Positions 10,751 through 21,551 of a DNA stretch of 64,000 nucleotides are shown here, one piece after another (position 1 is the first letter of the stretch; every line of letters begins with the position of its first letter). The position numbers and the translations under genes are program-made. Below the pieces are notes generated by a model. It saw nothing but the letters and a program-made list of their open reading frames with translations, searched no databases and was not told the DNA's origin. Origin of the DNA: Candidatus Dormiibacterota bacterium (GTDB taxonomy: Bacteria > Chloroflexota > Dormibacteria > Aeolococcales > Aeolococcaceae); assembly GCA_963709585.1 (NCBI GenBank), contig CAVPXI010000004.1, positions 192,001 through 256,000 of the forward strand. Direction: 5' to 3'.

Positions 10751-12031
10751 GTGCGACAGCGGCCCCGCGCCGAGCGTTCCCGTCCCTTCGGATTGATCGG
10801 CGCGCTGATCCTCGCGGTGCTGGCCGCGGCATGCGCAACCGTCGCGGCATCCGGGCCGGTGCCGTTCCGCGTCGGGGCGATCTTTCCGCTCTCCGGAAGC
10901 ACGGCTCCGGGCTCGACCGACGAGTATCTCGGCGCGACCCTTGCGGCGCAGATGGTCAACGCCCAGGGCGGCGTCGCCGGCCATCCGATCTCGCTCGACC
11001 TGCGTGACGTCGAGGACCAGAGCCAGATCCCCGCCGCGGTGTCAAGTCTTCACGCTGATGGAGTTCCTGTCGTGATTGGCGCATACTCGTCGCAGCTCTC
11101 AATTCCCGCCGCGGCGGCAGTGTCGGCGGCGGGGATGGTGTACTGGGAGACGGGCGCGGTCGCCGACCGGGTGACCGGCCAGGGGTCGCCGCTGGTGTTC
11201 CGTGTCGGCGTCAACGGCGCCGAGCTCGGCAGCAACTCCGGGACGTTCATGCTCCAGGAATTGGTGCCGCGGATGGGCATCCCCATCAACAAGATTCGCG
11301 TCTCATTCGTCACCGCGGACGACAACTACGGTCATTCGGTCGCGGATGCCACTCGCGCCGCGCTCGAAGCCGGTGGGATGAGCATAAGCGGCGAATCGAT
11401 CTACAACCCCTACACACCCGACTGGGCCCCCGTAATGCGCGCGCTCGCCGCCGAGAAGCCCGACATCCTCGTGCTCTCGTCGCACATCCAGGACGGCATC
11501 GCTTTTCGGCGGGCGTTCCTCGCCGCCGGCCTTCAGGTCAAGGTGTTCATGGGCACGACCATGGCGCAGTGCGACCAGGACTTCGGCAACGTGCTCGGCT
11601 CGGCGGCGGTCGGTGTCTTCGCGTCGGATCGTCCCCAGGGCGACTTCAACCCGGGCGCCCTCGATCCGCAGGCGCGGGGGCTCTACAACCGGTTCGCGGC
11701 CCTGTGGAAGCAGCGCACCGGCGCGGCCGCTCCGGACGAGGAGGGGATCGCCGGCTTCAGCGCCGCCTGGGTGCTCTTCGCCGAGGTCCTCGGACGGGCC
11801 GGCGATGTCAGCGCCGGGAGCGTCGCCGCGGCGGCGCGAGCACTCGACCTCCCCAGCGGCAGCCTCCCCAACGGCGGCGGCGTGCTGTTCTCGACCGCCC
11901 GCGATCAGCTCGGCCAGAACACCCGGGCTGCGGCGGTGGTGTGGCAGTGGCAGGCGCCCCGGCACAGCGTCGTGGTCTGGCCACCGGTCTACGCGACCGG
12001 TCAGGTCAAGCTTTCGCTCTCCTCCGGGTGA
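10751..12031 (+). CDS. ABC substrate-binding protein, LivJ/branched-chain amino acid type
   Basis: Signal peptide; VGAIFPLSG, NAQGGVAGHPI, VIGAYSS, VVWQWQ..VVWP. Confidence 0.8.
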   Translation: MRQRPRAERSRPFGLIGALILAVLAAACATVAASGPVPFRVGAIFPLSGSTAPGSTDEYLGATLAAQMVNAQGGVAGHPISLDLRDVEDQSQIPAAVSSLHADGVPVVIGAYSSQLSIPAAAAVSAAGMVYWETGAVADRVTGQGSPLVFRVGVNGAELGSNSGTFMLQELVPRMGIPINKIRVSFVTADDNYGHSVADATRAALEAGGMSISGESIYNPYTPDWAPVMRALAAEKPDILVLSSHIQDGIAFRRAFLAAGLQVKVFMGTTMAQCDQDFGNVLGSAAVGVFASDRPQGDFNPGALDPQARGLYNRFAALWKQRTGAAAPDEEGIAGFSAAWVLFAEVLGRAGDVSAGSVAAAARALDLPSGSLPNGGGVLFSTARDQLGQNTRAAAVVWQWQAPRHSVVVWPPVYATGQVKLSLSSG

Positions 12032-12064
12032 TTGGCTGAAGCCGGATCGAGGCATACTCGAACC

Positions 12065-12544
12065 ATGGAAACAGCGACGTTCGGCGCAGGATGCTTCTGG
12101 GGTGTGGAATCGGTCTTTGAACAGGTCGACGGGGTCACCGCGACCAAGGTCGGGTACACGGGTGGCTTCACCCAGGCGCCCACGTATGAGGACGTGTGCT
12201 CACACCGCACCGGGCACGCCGAGGCGGTCGAGATCACCTTCGACCCCGCTCGGGTGAGCTACGACACGCTGCTCGACATCTTCTGGATGAACCACGACCC
12301 GACGCAGTTGAACCGCCAGGGTCCGGATGTCGGTGACAGCTACCGAACGGCGATCTTCTTTCACTCACCGGAGCAGGAGGCCGCCGCGATTGCGTCGAAG
12401 AAGCGGCTCGAGGAGTCGGGCCAGTACCGCCGCCCGATCGTCACGGAGATCGTTCCCGCGGCGCGGTTCTGGGACGCCGAGGAGTACCACCAGAAGTATT
12501 TTTCCCGGCGCGGTATCGCCGCGACCTGCAACATCCCAGCCTAG
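12065..12544 (+). CDS. msrA: Peptide-methionine (S)-S-oxide reductase
   Basis: [25 protein letters not shown]. Confidence 0.97.
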   Translation: METATFGAGCFWGVESVFEQVDGVTATKVGYTGGFTQAPTYEDVCSHRTGHAEAVEITFDPARVSYDTLLDIFWMNHDPTQLNRQGPDVGDSYRTAIFFHSPEQEAAAIASKKRLEESGQYRRPIVTEIVPAARFWDAEEYHQKYFSRRGIAATCNIPA

Positions 12545-14586
12545 CGCACGGTTCCGTCGCGGAGCACCGCCAGCACGGATTCCCCGTAGCGGTCGAGCTT
12601 CGCCGGACCCACCCCCGGGATGCCGGCCAGGGCCCCGGCGGACGTCGGACGGCGCTCGGCCATCTCGGCGAGGGTCCGGTCGTGAAAGACCACGTAGGGC
12701 GGGACCTCCGCCTGCCGCGCAATCTCGAGCCTCCAGGTCCGCAACGCTTCGAAGCGCGCCGCGACCTCCGGCGTCATCGCGAGCGCGGGTGCGCCCCCGG
12801 TCGCGCGAGTGCGCCGGCCGCTAGCACGCTTGGGTTGCGACGCACGCACGTCGACATCAAGGGCTTCCTCGCCGCGTAGCACCGACGTCCCCCGAGGCGT
12901 GATCCTCAGCGTCGGCTTCTCGCCGTGGCCGCGGCTGATACAGCCCAGCTCGACGAGTCGTTCGAGCAGCTCGCGGATTGCCTCCAGGTCCCAACCGCGG
13001 AGTGCGCCGAACCATCGGAGCTCGGCGACCCAGGGACGCGACGCCGTCCACGCGTCGACGGAGCCGCGCAGGATCGAGGCGATTCGAACACCACCGAGGT
13101 GGTCATCGAACCGCGCCACGCTGGCGAGCGCCGCATTCACATCGGCGGGGTCGACGGCCGCGTACGGCGCGCGGTTGCTGTCGAGACAGTTGTCGCACGC
13201 CATGCACCTCCGAGCGACGCCCTGCTCGCCGAAATAGTCGGCGATGCGCGCATGCCGGCAGGTGCGTGAGCCCGCGTACTCCATGACCTGGTTCACCCGC
13301 GCGTAAGCGTTGGCCTTGAGCAGCGCCTGCTCTTCGAAGTCGACGGGCGCTCCGGTCAGGCGTCGAATCCCGCCGTCCGGCTGGATCACCTCGGCGCGGC
13401 GCAACAGGTCGAGCGCGGCTCGTGCTCCGTTGATCGGGATGCCCCGCGCCTGCCAGTCGTCGATCGCGTCGCTCCCCTCACGGAGCAATTCGCGGTACAC
13501 GGCGCGGACCGCGTCGCGCTCGGGGTAGGCGTGCTCGATGAAGAACTCCTGCAGCTGGCGGTCGGCGGGGCTGTAGAGCAGGATGCACTCGGATGGTTCG
13601 CCATCACGGCCGGCGCGACCGGCCTGCTGGTAGTACTCCTCGAGGCTTCCGGGGAAGTCGTGATGGATCACCCGGCGGATGTCCGGGAAGTCGACGCCCA
13701 TGCCGAACGCCGAGGTGGCGACGATCGCCTGCAGACGGCCCGCGGCGAAGCCCTCGTGCACGAGCTGTCGCGCGTCCCCGTCGACGGCGCCGTGATACGA
13801 GGCGACCGCGACCCCGGCACCGGCGAGCAGCTCGGTGATCTCGTCGGTGGATCGCCTGCTCCCGCAGTACACGAGCGCGCGGCCCCTGCCCGGTTGCACG
13901 AGGCCCAACAGGGCGTCGCGCTTGTCGGCCGCGCCGCGGCAGCGGATGACCGACATGGTCAGGTTGTCGCGGACGAACCCGGTGATCCGCTCGACGGCTG
14001 CTCGCAGGCCGAGACTTGCCGCGATGTCCTCGCGGACCCGCGGGGTCGCCGTCGCCGTGAAGGCGCCGACCGGCGGGCGGCCGCACGCCGCGATGGCGTC
14101 GCCAAGGCGTCGGTAATCGGGGCGGAAGTCGTGGCCCCAGCTCGAGATGCAGTGCGCCTCGTCGACGACGAAGCGATCGACGGACAACCTGCCGAGGTTG
14201 TCGAGGAAGCCGGGGGCGCCGAGACGCTCCGGGGCGAGGTACAGGAATCGAAGCTCGCCGTCCGCCGCGGCTCGCAGTGACTCGGCCCGGTTTGCCGCGC
14301 TGACCTGACTGTGCACGCAGGCGGCGGGAACACCGAGCGCGTTGAGGCGCGCGACCTGGTCGACCATCAGTGCGATCAGCGGCGACACCACGAGGGTGAG
14401 ACCGCCGCCGGCGATTCCCGGGACCCAGTAGGCGATGCTCTTCCCGGAGCCGGTCGGCGCCACGAAGAGCACGTCCGCGCGCGCCTCCGATGCGGCGACG
14501 ACGTCGGCCTGCCCGGGTCGGAACTCCGCGAATCCGAAGGTCTGCTCGAGGACCGCGCGAGCCCGAGGCGAGGGCTCGAGCGGCAT
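12541..14586 (-). CDS. recQ: RecQ-family DNA helicase with RQC and HRDC domains
   Basis: [68 protein letters not shown]. Confidence 0.93.
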   Translation of the reverse strand: MPLEPSPRARAVLEQTFGFAEFRPGQADVVAASEARADVLFVAPTGSGKSIAYWVPGIAGGGLTLVVSPLIALMVDQVARLNALGVPAACVHSQVSAANRAESLRAAADGELRFLYLAPERLGAPGFLDNLGRLSVDRFVVDEAHCISSWGHDFRPDYRRLGDAIAACGRPPVGAFTATATPRVREDIAASLGLRAAVERITGFVRDNLTMSVIRCRGAADKRDALLGLVQPGRGRALVYCGSRRSTDEITELLAGAGVAVASYHGAVDGDARQLVHEGFAAGRLQAIVATSAFGMGVDFPDIRRVIHHDFPGSLEEYYQQAGRAGRDGEPSECILLYSPADRQLQEFFIEHAYPERDAVRAVYRELLREGSDAIDDWQARGIPINGARAALDLLRRAEVIQPDGGIRRLTGAPVDFEEQALLKANAYARVNQVMEYAGSRTCRHARIADYFGEQGVARRCMACDNCLDSNRAPYAAVDPADVNAALASVARFDDHLGGVRIASILRGSVDAWTASRPWVAELRWFGALRGWDLEAIRELLERLVELGCISRGHGEKPTLRITPRGTSVLRGEEALDVDVRASQPKRASGRRTRATGGAPALAMTPEVAARFEALRTWRLEIARQAEVPPYVVFHDRTLAEMAERRPTSAGALAGIPGVGPAKLDRYGESVLAVLRDGTVR

Positions 14587-14988
14587 CAGCTCGCCGACTT
14601 CTCCAGCTTGAGCGCGCAGGAGTTCATGCAGTAGCGCTGGCCGGTGGGCGCCGGGCCGTCGGGGAAGACATGTCCGAGGTGCCCGCCGCACTTGGCGCAG
14701 CGGATCTCGGTGCGCGGGATGAGCATGCTCCAGTCCCGATGCTCCTCGACCGCCGTCTCATTCAGCGGGGCAAAGAAGCTCGGCCAGCCGGTCCCCGAGT
14801 TCGAACTTGGTGTCGGAGCCGAACAGCTCGGCGCCGCAGCCCGCGCACGTGTACACGCCCTTGTCATCCACGTGCACGTACTGCCCCGTGAATGGGCGCT
14901 CGGTGCTCGCCTTGCGGAGCACGGAGTACTGCTCAGGCGTCAGGCGCTGACGCCACTCGTCGTCGGTGAGGGTGATCTTCTCGTCCAT
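14586..14988 (-). CDS. msrB: Peptide-methionine (R)-S-oxide reductase (+1 frameshift at about 14800)
   Basis: [21 protein letters not shown]; then GTGWPSF, GHLGHVF, RYCMNS. Removing 1 nt gives 133 aa. Confidence 0.93.
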
Positions 14989-14993
14989 GATGC

Positions 14994-15992
14994 TCAGGTT
15001 TTACCCCGTTTCGCGGGACTCGACGCATACAGTGCCGCGGCCGCGGCATGAGTCTCCGCCATGTGCCGACGCAGCGACGCCGGTTCGAGCACCTCGACGT
15101 TGGCGCCCCACCGCAGCAACCATGGGCGCATCTCAACCTCGCCGGCAACGTCGAGCCGCACCTCGATCCCGCCGCCGGGCAGGTCTGTCCGTCTGGCACG
15201 GGCGGGCCATGGGGTCTCATCGACCCACTGACGCGCCTCGGGTGAGAAACGCAGCACCACCCGGTCGGCGCCGGCGCCCTGCCAGATGGCCCACGAGGCA
15301 CCGAGCACTATGTCGATGTCGAAGTCGGCCGGGACCGAGAACGTTGTCGGCAGCAGGCGCGCCGACCGGATACGGTCGAGCCGGAACGAGCGAACCTCGC
15401 GGGACACGGAGTCGCGCGCGAAGACGTAGATGTGCCGCCCCTCTGCGGTCGGCTGGATGAAAAACGGACGAAGATCGCGACGGGTCTCATTGCCCTTGGC
15501 GTCGACGTAGCGAACCTCGATCTCGCGGTGGCTGACGAAGCCGTCGATCACGGTGCGTTCGACCTTGAGCCGCTCGGTGTCAGCCGGCTGGCGCTCGGCG
15601 GCGATAAGGGTCCGGCGCAGGTATTCGCTCACGACCGGCACGCTCAACGCGCGCGAGAGGTGGGCGAGCGCGCCGACCAGCGCGGGATCCTGCTCGGTGC
15701 GCACCTGCTGGAGCAGGCGCACGGCCACAAGGAGCAACGTGGCCTGGTAGTGGTCGAGCTGCAACGGGGGCAGCAGGCTGCCCTTGCCGATCCGCCAGCG
15801 ACCTCCGGTCTCCTCGACGTCGATGCCGGCGCTGTCGCGAAGGGTGGCGACGTAGCGTTGCACCGTGCGCGGGTTGACCTCGAGCTCGTCGGCGAGTTGA
15901 TTGGTGGTCAGCCCGACCTCGGTTTCACAGAGGCGTGCGAACAGCTTGATGACGCGGAGTTGCTTTTCTCCCTTTTCGTACACGCGTGGCAC
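14994..15992 (-). CDS. HTH-WYL-WCX transcriptional regulator
   Basis: w[18 protein letters not shown]; WYL domain R..P...[16 protein letters not shown]; WCX domain [14 protein letters not shown]. Confidence 0.92.
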   Translation of the reverse strand: MPRVYEKGEKQLRVIKLFARLCETEVGLTTNQLADELEVNPRTVQRYVATLRDSAGIDVEETGGRWRIGKGSLLPPLQLDHYQATLLLVAVRLLQQVRTEQDPALVGALAHLSRALSVPVVSEYLRRTLIAAERQPADTERLKVERTVIDGFVSHREIEVRYVDAKGNETRRDLRPFFIQPTAEGRHIYVFARDSVSREVRSFRLDRIRSARLLPTTFSVPADFDIDIVLGASWAIWQGAGADRVVLRFSPEARQWVDETPWPARARRTDLPGGGIEVRLDVAGEVEMRPWLLRWGANVEVLEPASLRRHMAETHAAAAALYASSPAKRGKT

Positions 15993-16001
15993 ATGACGAG
16001 C

Positions 16002-16531
16002 CTAGCGATTTGCCGGGGCCGCGGACTCGATGTCGAGTGTGTAGCTGAGCAGCACCATCCCGTCCGGTCGTGCCTGCGGGCTGGTGGGCGCGAAACCAAG
16101 GCTTGCATACAGCTGCTGCGCCGCCGTCATGACCGGGTCGGTGTCCAACGTCATGACCTGCTTGCCGTGGGCCCTCGCCGCATCGATGCACGCCAACATG
16201 AGGCGGCGAGCAATCCCCCGTCCACGATGGTCCGGGCTCACCCCGAGCATACGGACATGCGCCTCGTCTGGCGCCAGGGGGTCGGCCACCCCGGGGCTGA
16301 TTCGCGAGTTCGAGCTCCAGGGTTACCGATCCCGCGATGACGCCATTTTCCACCGCCACCAACACGATGGCCCGGCCGGCCCGGCTTCCCACGTCGGCGA
16401 TTCTCGCCAGGTACGCCTCCCAGCCGGGCGAGTCAGGCGTCAGAAACTCGCGGAAGGCGCGCACGGTCGAACTCGCCTGCGGCCTCGTACTCGAACTCGC
16501 GGATCGGGCGGATCTCGATCTCGTCAGGCAC
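16002..16531 (-). CDS. GNAT N-acetyltransferase (two +1 frameshifts, about 16310 and 16470)
   Basis: IEIRPIREFEYEAAGE / TVRAF...VLVAVENG / RMLGVSPDHRGRGIAR...AQQLYASLGF. Removing 2 nt gives 175 aa. Confidence 0.85.
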
Positions 16532-16538
16532 TGAGAAA

Positions 16539-16579
16539 ACCCTACGCGACAGACATCTGTCGCCGGAGCCGCTCATGGT
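16539..16579. promoter_or_regulatory. Divergent promoter with palindromic operator GCGACAGA-CA-TCTGTCGC (16546-16563), candidate WYL-regulator site
   Basis: Perfect 8-bp arms. Rightward: TGTCGC-N10-CATGGT, then ATG 6 nt later. Leftward: -10 TAGGGT (16544-16539), 7 nt before the GNAT GTG. Confidence 0.7.
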
Positions 16580-16585
16580 TGCGGC

Positions 16586-16837
16586 ATGGATACGGACACA
16601 GCGGCGCCGATCGACACCGCGGCCGCCGGCGACGGGCCCTACCTTCGGCGCGCCCAGGAGTTGGTGGCCGCGAGAGGGGATCTCTTCCTGGCCGGGCCGG
16701 GACGCTCGGTGCGGCTCGCCGCTGTCAGCGGCCCGCCGCGGGACCGGGCGGCCTCGAAGCTCCGGCAGGCGAGCCGGCAGCTCACGCTGCCCATGCCGCG
16801 CCAACCCACGCGCCGGCGGCCCAGGATGGTGCGCTGA
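16586..16837 (+). CDS. Hypothetical 83-aa protein with QLTLPM (beta-clamp-motif-like)
   Basis: Fills the gap between the promoter and the nuclease gene; TGATG stop/start overlap at 16835-16839. Confidence 0.65.
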   Translation: MDTDTAAPIDTAAAGDGPYLRRAQELVAARGDLFLAGPGRSVRLAAVSGPPRDRAASKLRQASRQLTLPMPRQPTRRRPRMVR

Positions 16838-19800
16838 TGCGATACCTCGAGGACGGCTGTCCCGTGTACACGGCCACGGACCTCTGCGACTACCTCGCGT
16901 GCGGGCACCTGGTCGCGCTCAAGCGGCGCATCGCTGCCGGCGAGCCGATCAAGCATGACCGGACCGCGCTCAGCGAGGTGCTCGCGAATCTGGGTGCGGA
17001 GCACGAGCAGCGCTATCTCGACGCGCTTCGGGCACGGGGCTTGACCGTCAAGGCGTTCGAGGACGACCGCGACCGCTACGCGAGTACCGCCGGCGAACTC
17101 CGCGCTCTTGAGGCCGAGACCGTCGAGGCGATGGCTCAGGGTTTCGAGGTCATCTATCAGCCCACCTTCTTCGACGGGCGCTGGATGGGTCGCGCCGACT
17201 TCCTGCTTCGAGTTCGAGACGCCGAGCGCCCGGTGGCCGTGGGCGTACGAGGCGGCTGACGCGAAGCTCGCCCGCCGCGTGCGTTCTGAGGCGATCCTCC
17301 AGCTCTGTGAGTACTCGGCGCACCTGGAGCGGCTCCAGGGGACGCCGCCCGCGCTGATGCAGCTGATTCTCGGTGACGGCGTCGAGCATGCATATCGGAT
17401 CGATGAGTTCTCCGCGTACCACGCAGCCGTGAAGCGGGACTTCGAGGTGGCGATGCTCGCCGAGCTCGGCAGCACGTACCCCGACCCGGTCGAGCACTGC
17501 AACACGTGTGGATTCGCCGCGCGCTGTGCAGCTCAGCGAAAACAGGACGATCATCTTTCCCAGGTCGCGCGCATGCGGTCGGGTCAGGTGCTCGCGCTGA
17601 AATCCGTCGGCATCGCCACCATGACCGCGCTCGCTCAGGTTTCCGCCGACGTCGAGCCTCCGGCACGTATGAGCCCGACCTCCTTCGGCGACCTGCGCGC
17701 CCAGGCGGCGTTGCAGCACACGGGTCCTCACGCTGACGGGGCGCCGCGACACGAGTTGCTCGATGCATGGGAGGTCGGACATGGTCTGTGTGCGCTTCCG
17801 AGTCCGTCACCAGGCGATCTCTTCTTCGACATGGAGGGCGACGGCCTCGCACGCGACGTGCCGCTGGAGTACCTCTTCGGTGCGGTCGACATGCACGGCG
17901 TGTATCGAGCGTGGTGGGGCCACGACGACGCCGGCGAGCGACGTGCGTTCGAGGGGTTCGTCGACCACGCCATCGCGCAACTCGAACGTTATCCGGACAT
18001 GCACATTTACCACTACGCCGCGTACGAGAAGACCGCACTCCGCCGGCTGATGAGCCGCCACGGCACCCGCGAGGAGGAGGTCGACCGCCTGCTCCGCAAC
18101 GAGGTGCTCGTCGACCTCTATCGCGTGGTGCGACAGGGAGTGCGGCTGTCCACCAACTCGTACTCGCTGAAGAAGGTCGAGCGGCTGTACATGCCGGCAC
18201 GCGAGGAGTCGATCGCGGACGCAGCGGGAAGCATGGTGATGTACGAGCGCTGGCTGAACAGCAGCCGCGATGGGGGCGATGGGGACGCCGCGCTCCTCGA
18301 CGAGATCGCGATCTACAACGAGCGCGACTGCATCTCGACCGCGCAATTGCGCGACTGGCTCGAGGCGCGTCGCATCGAGGAGGAGAGGCTTCGCGGCGCG
18401 CCCATCGAGCGTCCGGCGGTCGTCGAGCGCGACGTCAGTGAGGCCCTCGGCGCAAAGATCGTCGCGACCCAGGAGGTCGCGGCCGCACTGGTCGACAATG
18501 CCCCCCCGGACCCGGACCTGCAGACGGACGCCGAACGAGCGAGGTGGTTGCTGGCGCCGCTTCTGTCGTATCACCGGCGCGAGAACAAGGTCAATTGGTG
18601 GCGTCACTACGACCAGCTGGCGATGAGCCCGGAGGAGCTCGAGCGCGACACGTACGCGCTCGGTCCGCTCGAGATGATCGGCGCGCATGAGGAGGGCCGT
18701 CGCACCATCGAGCGGTACCGGTTCGAACCCCAGGAACACCGCGTCGGCCTCGGCGACATTCCGCTCGATCCTGAAACCGACGCGCGCTGGGCACCCGTCG
18801 CCGGGGAGGTGACCGAGCTCGAACTCGGCACGAGGAACAATCACACTGTCGCGCACTCCCGGTCAGGCAGAGCGCGGAGCCGTCCGCTTTCTGATCCAGA
18901 CGACACCGTTCGCGACCGATGCGCAGGAGGCGGCGCTCCTCGACCTCGGCCGCTGGGTCGTCGCCAACGGCCCGGATGCCGGCGGGCCCAATCGCGCCGG
19001 ACGCGACCTGCTGCTTCGGCTGCCGCCGCGCCTGCGTGACGGCACCGATTGCGTGCTCCGGGGCGCAGGGGAGACGGCATCCGAGGCTGCGATACGACTG
19101 ATCCTCGGCCTGCGGCGTGGATGCCTCCCGGTCCAGGGTCCGCCCGGAGCCGGGAAAACGCACATGGCCGCGCTGGCGGCACTCCGGCTCATTGCGAGGG
19201 GGCGCACACCGGTTGGTGTCACCGCCGTCACGCACAACGCGATTCGCACCCTGCTGGCGAAGATCGAGGAGCTGGCCCCCTCGCTTGGCATGACCGTGCG
19301 CATGCAACACCGCAAAGGGGACGGAACCGGTTCCGCCGCGATCCAGGTTGTCCGCAGCAACGAGATGGTCGAGGCGGCGGTCGTGGACGGCACCGTCGAC
19401 GTCGTCGGCGGAACCTCGTGGCTCTTCTCTCGCCCGGAGTTCGAGGCGGGTTTCGACACGCTCATCGTCGACGAGGCCGGCCAGATGTCACTCGCGGACA
19501 CGCTCGCGGTCTCGCGCGCCGCCCGCAATCTCGTCCTGGTGGGCGATCCGCGACAGCTCGCCCAACCGCTCCAGGGGAGCCACCCACCGGGCGTCGGGGT
19601 TTCCGCGCTCGACCATCTGCTCGGTGACGACGTCACCATCGCTCCCGACCGCGGCGTGCTGCTCGACCTCACCTGGCGAATGCATCCCGACGTGAGTGCT
19701 TTCGTATCGCGTTCCTTCTACGAGGGACGGCTGGGCTCGGAACCGCGATGCGCGAGCCAGGCGGTCGTCATCGACGGTGCCGCGATCACGGGCCTGCGGA

Positions 19801-20303
19801 CGGTGTTTGTGGAGCATCAAGGCGATCGCGTTCGGTCCGATGCGGAGGCGGGGCGTGTCGGCGACGTCATCGACCAGCTCATCCGATCCGCGTGGCGGGA
19901 CGACCGAGGCCATATGCGTGCGCTGTCGCTCGACGACATCGTAGTCGTCGCACCGTACAACGCGCAGGTCGCGTGTCTTCTCGAGTCGCTGCCGCCGGGT
20001 GCGAGAGTGGGCACCGTCGATCGCTTCCAGGGGCAGGAAGCCGCGGTCAGCATCTTCTCGATGGCGACGTCGAGCGTCGAAGACCTGCCGCGCAATCTCG
20101 AATTCCTGTTCAGCCTCAACCGCCTCAACGTGGCAGTGTCGCGAGCGCGCGGGCTCTCGATCCTGGTCTGCTCGCCCGAACTGCTCCGTGCTCGTTGCCG
20201 TACGCCGGAGCAGATGCAACTCGTCAATGCGCTATGCCGCTTTGTGGAGATGGCAGAGCCGTGGATCACCGCGCCGGTGGGCGCGATCATGCTGCCGGTA
20301 TGA
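16837..20303 (+). CDS. TM0106-family RecB/Cas4-like nuclease + RNase H-like domain + SF1 (Upf1/Dna2-like) helicase; two +1 frameshifts (about 17213 and 18822)
   Basis: YLAC, RADFL..EAADAK..QLCEY, CNTC..C; FFDMEG, YHYAAYE, YSLKKVE, YNERDC; QGPPGAGKT, DEAGQ, GDPRQL, APYNAQ, TVDRFQGQE, RLNVAVSRA. About 1154 aa after correction. Confidence 0.9.
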
Positions 20304-21013
20304 CCGCCGATTCGCTCAAAACCCGCCTGCTGCAAACGCTCGATGCGGCCTCCACTCGAGAGGCCGCGCTGCTTGCGCTGTGTGACGATTCCCCGCCGTC
20401 CGAGGCCGGTCGCTGGACCGCGAAGGACAACGTCGCGCACCTCAGCAGCTGGCGTGAGCATGCGACCCGTACCCTCGATGCGGTGCGCCTCGGGAAACCA
20501 GTCGAAGGACCAGCCAATGAGAGCGACCTTGACGGGCGCAACGCGGAGATCTACGAGGCTCATCGCGATAACTCGGCGGCCACGGTCCGTGCTGCCGCAA
20601 GCGACAGTTACGCGGCGCTGATCGAGGCGGTGAAGGCGTGCACCGACGAGGATCTGATTCGTGACCGCCCCGGTGACGGTGGCCCGGTGTGGCGTGTCAT
20701 CCCCGGCAACGGTCATGGTCACGTCGCCCAGCACCTCTCGTACTGGGCTGCCGAGCACGACGATCAAGCAGGCGCGGAGGACGCCGCGAGATGGGCATAT
20801 TCGCTTGACACCGATCTCTTCCCCGACAACCAGGCAATCGCCGACTACAACTACGGCTGTTTCTACGCGCGGAACGGACGTGCTGACGAGGCGCTGCCGC
20901 TGCTGGGAGCCGCCCTCCGGTCGCGTCCTGAACTGCGCAGCTTCGCGCTCGACGATGCGGACATCGAGCCCATCCGCGACGATCCCCGCGTGCAGAGCCT
21001 CCTCGGCCCCTGA
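20300..21013 (+). CDS. DinB/ClbS-DfsB-like four-helix-bundle protein with C-terminal TPR-like region
   Basis: WTAKDNVAHL and GHGHVAQHL His motifs; YNYGCFYARNG..EAL..L..A...D.D TPR-type end; ATGA overlap with the helicase gene. Confidence 0.75.
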   Translation: MTADSLKTRLLQTLDAASTREAALLALCDDSPPSEAGRWTAKDNVAHLSSWREHATRTLDAVRLGKPVEGPANESDLDGRNAEIYEAHRDNSAATVRAAASDSYAALIEAVKACTDEDLIRDRPGDGGPVWRVIPGNGHGHVAQHLSYWAAEHDDQAGAEDAARWAYSLDTDLFPDNQAIADYNYGCFYARNGRADEALPLLGAALRSRPELRSFALDDADIEPIRDDPRVQSLLGP

Positions 21014-21113
21014 TCGCCCCTCATGGACGGCTTTCTTCGCGCCTGAGTGGCTGACCCGAGAGGCTCTTGGTCAAACTTCGCAGGCCCTTTTCATGCCTGA
21101 TTCTTTCTGCTAA

Positions 21114-21131
21114 TATCTATTCAAGTAGATA
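21114..21131. promoter_or_regulatory. AT-rich palindrome TATCTA-N6-TAGATA, probable operator of the YtrA-type GntR
   Basis: Perfect 6-bp arms, 27 nt upstream of gntR. Confidence 0.6.
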
Positions 21132-21158
21132 AATACCCTTAGCGGGAACCACCGGACC

Positions 21159-21551
21159 ATGATCCACTTCCGTCTGAACGCCCAATCGGGCGTGGCCACC
21201 TATGTGCAGCTGGTTCATCAGGTGCGCCATGCCCTGCGGTCTGGACTGCTCGAGCCTGGGGATCAACTCCCCACAGTGAAAGAGGTCGTTGGATCGCTCG
21301 CCATCAACCCCAACACGGTGTTGAAGGCGTACCGCGAACTGGAACACGCCGGCCTGGTTGAAGGGCGCCCGGGAATGGGGACCTTCGTCCTGCGCTCGTT
21401 GGAGGGTCCGCCTCCCGACAAGCAGGCTGCTCTTCGAAAATCATTGCAGCGGTGGCTGCAATCGGCATTCGAAGCGGGCCTGAGTCCCGATGCCGTCCTT
21501 GCCTTTGTCGATGCAGCCATACGCGATGTCACAGAGGACAGCGTGGCATGA
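21159..21551 (+). CDS. GntR (YtrA subfamily) transcriptional regulator
   Basis: YVQL, PGDQLPTVKE, INPNTVLKAYREL, GMGTFV; short, followed by ABC genes. Confidence 0.93.
   Translation: MIHFRLNAQSGVATYVQLVHQVRHALRSGLLEPGDQLPTVKEVVGSLAINPNTVLKAYRELEHAGLVEGRPGMGTFVLRSLEGPPPDKQAALRKSLQRWLQSAFEAGLSPDAVLAFVDAAIRDVTEDSVA

Noticed and set aside
14994-20303. CRISPR-Cas locus suggested by WYL plus a Cas4-like domain
   Set aside because: No repeat-spacer array and no cas1, cas2 or effector genes in the window.
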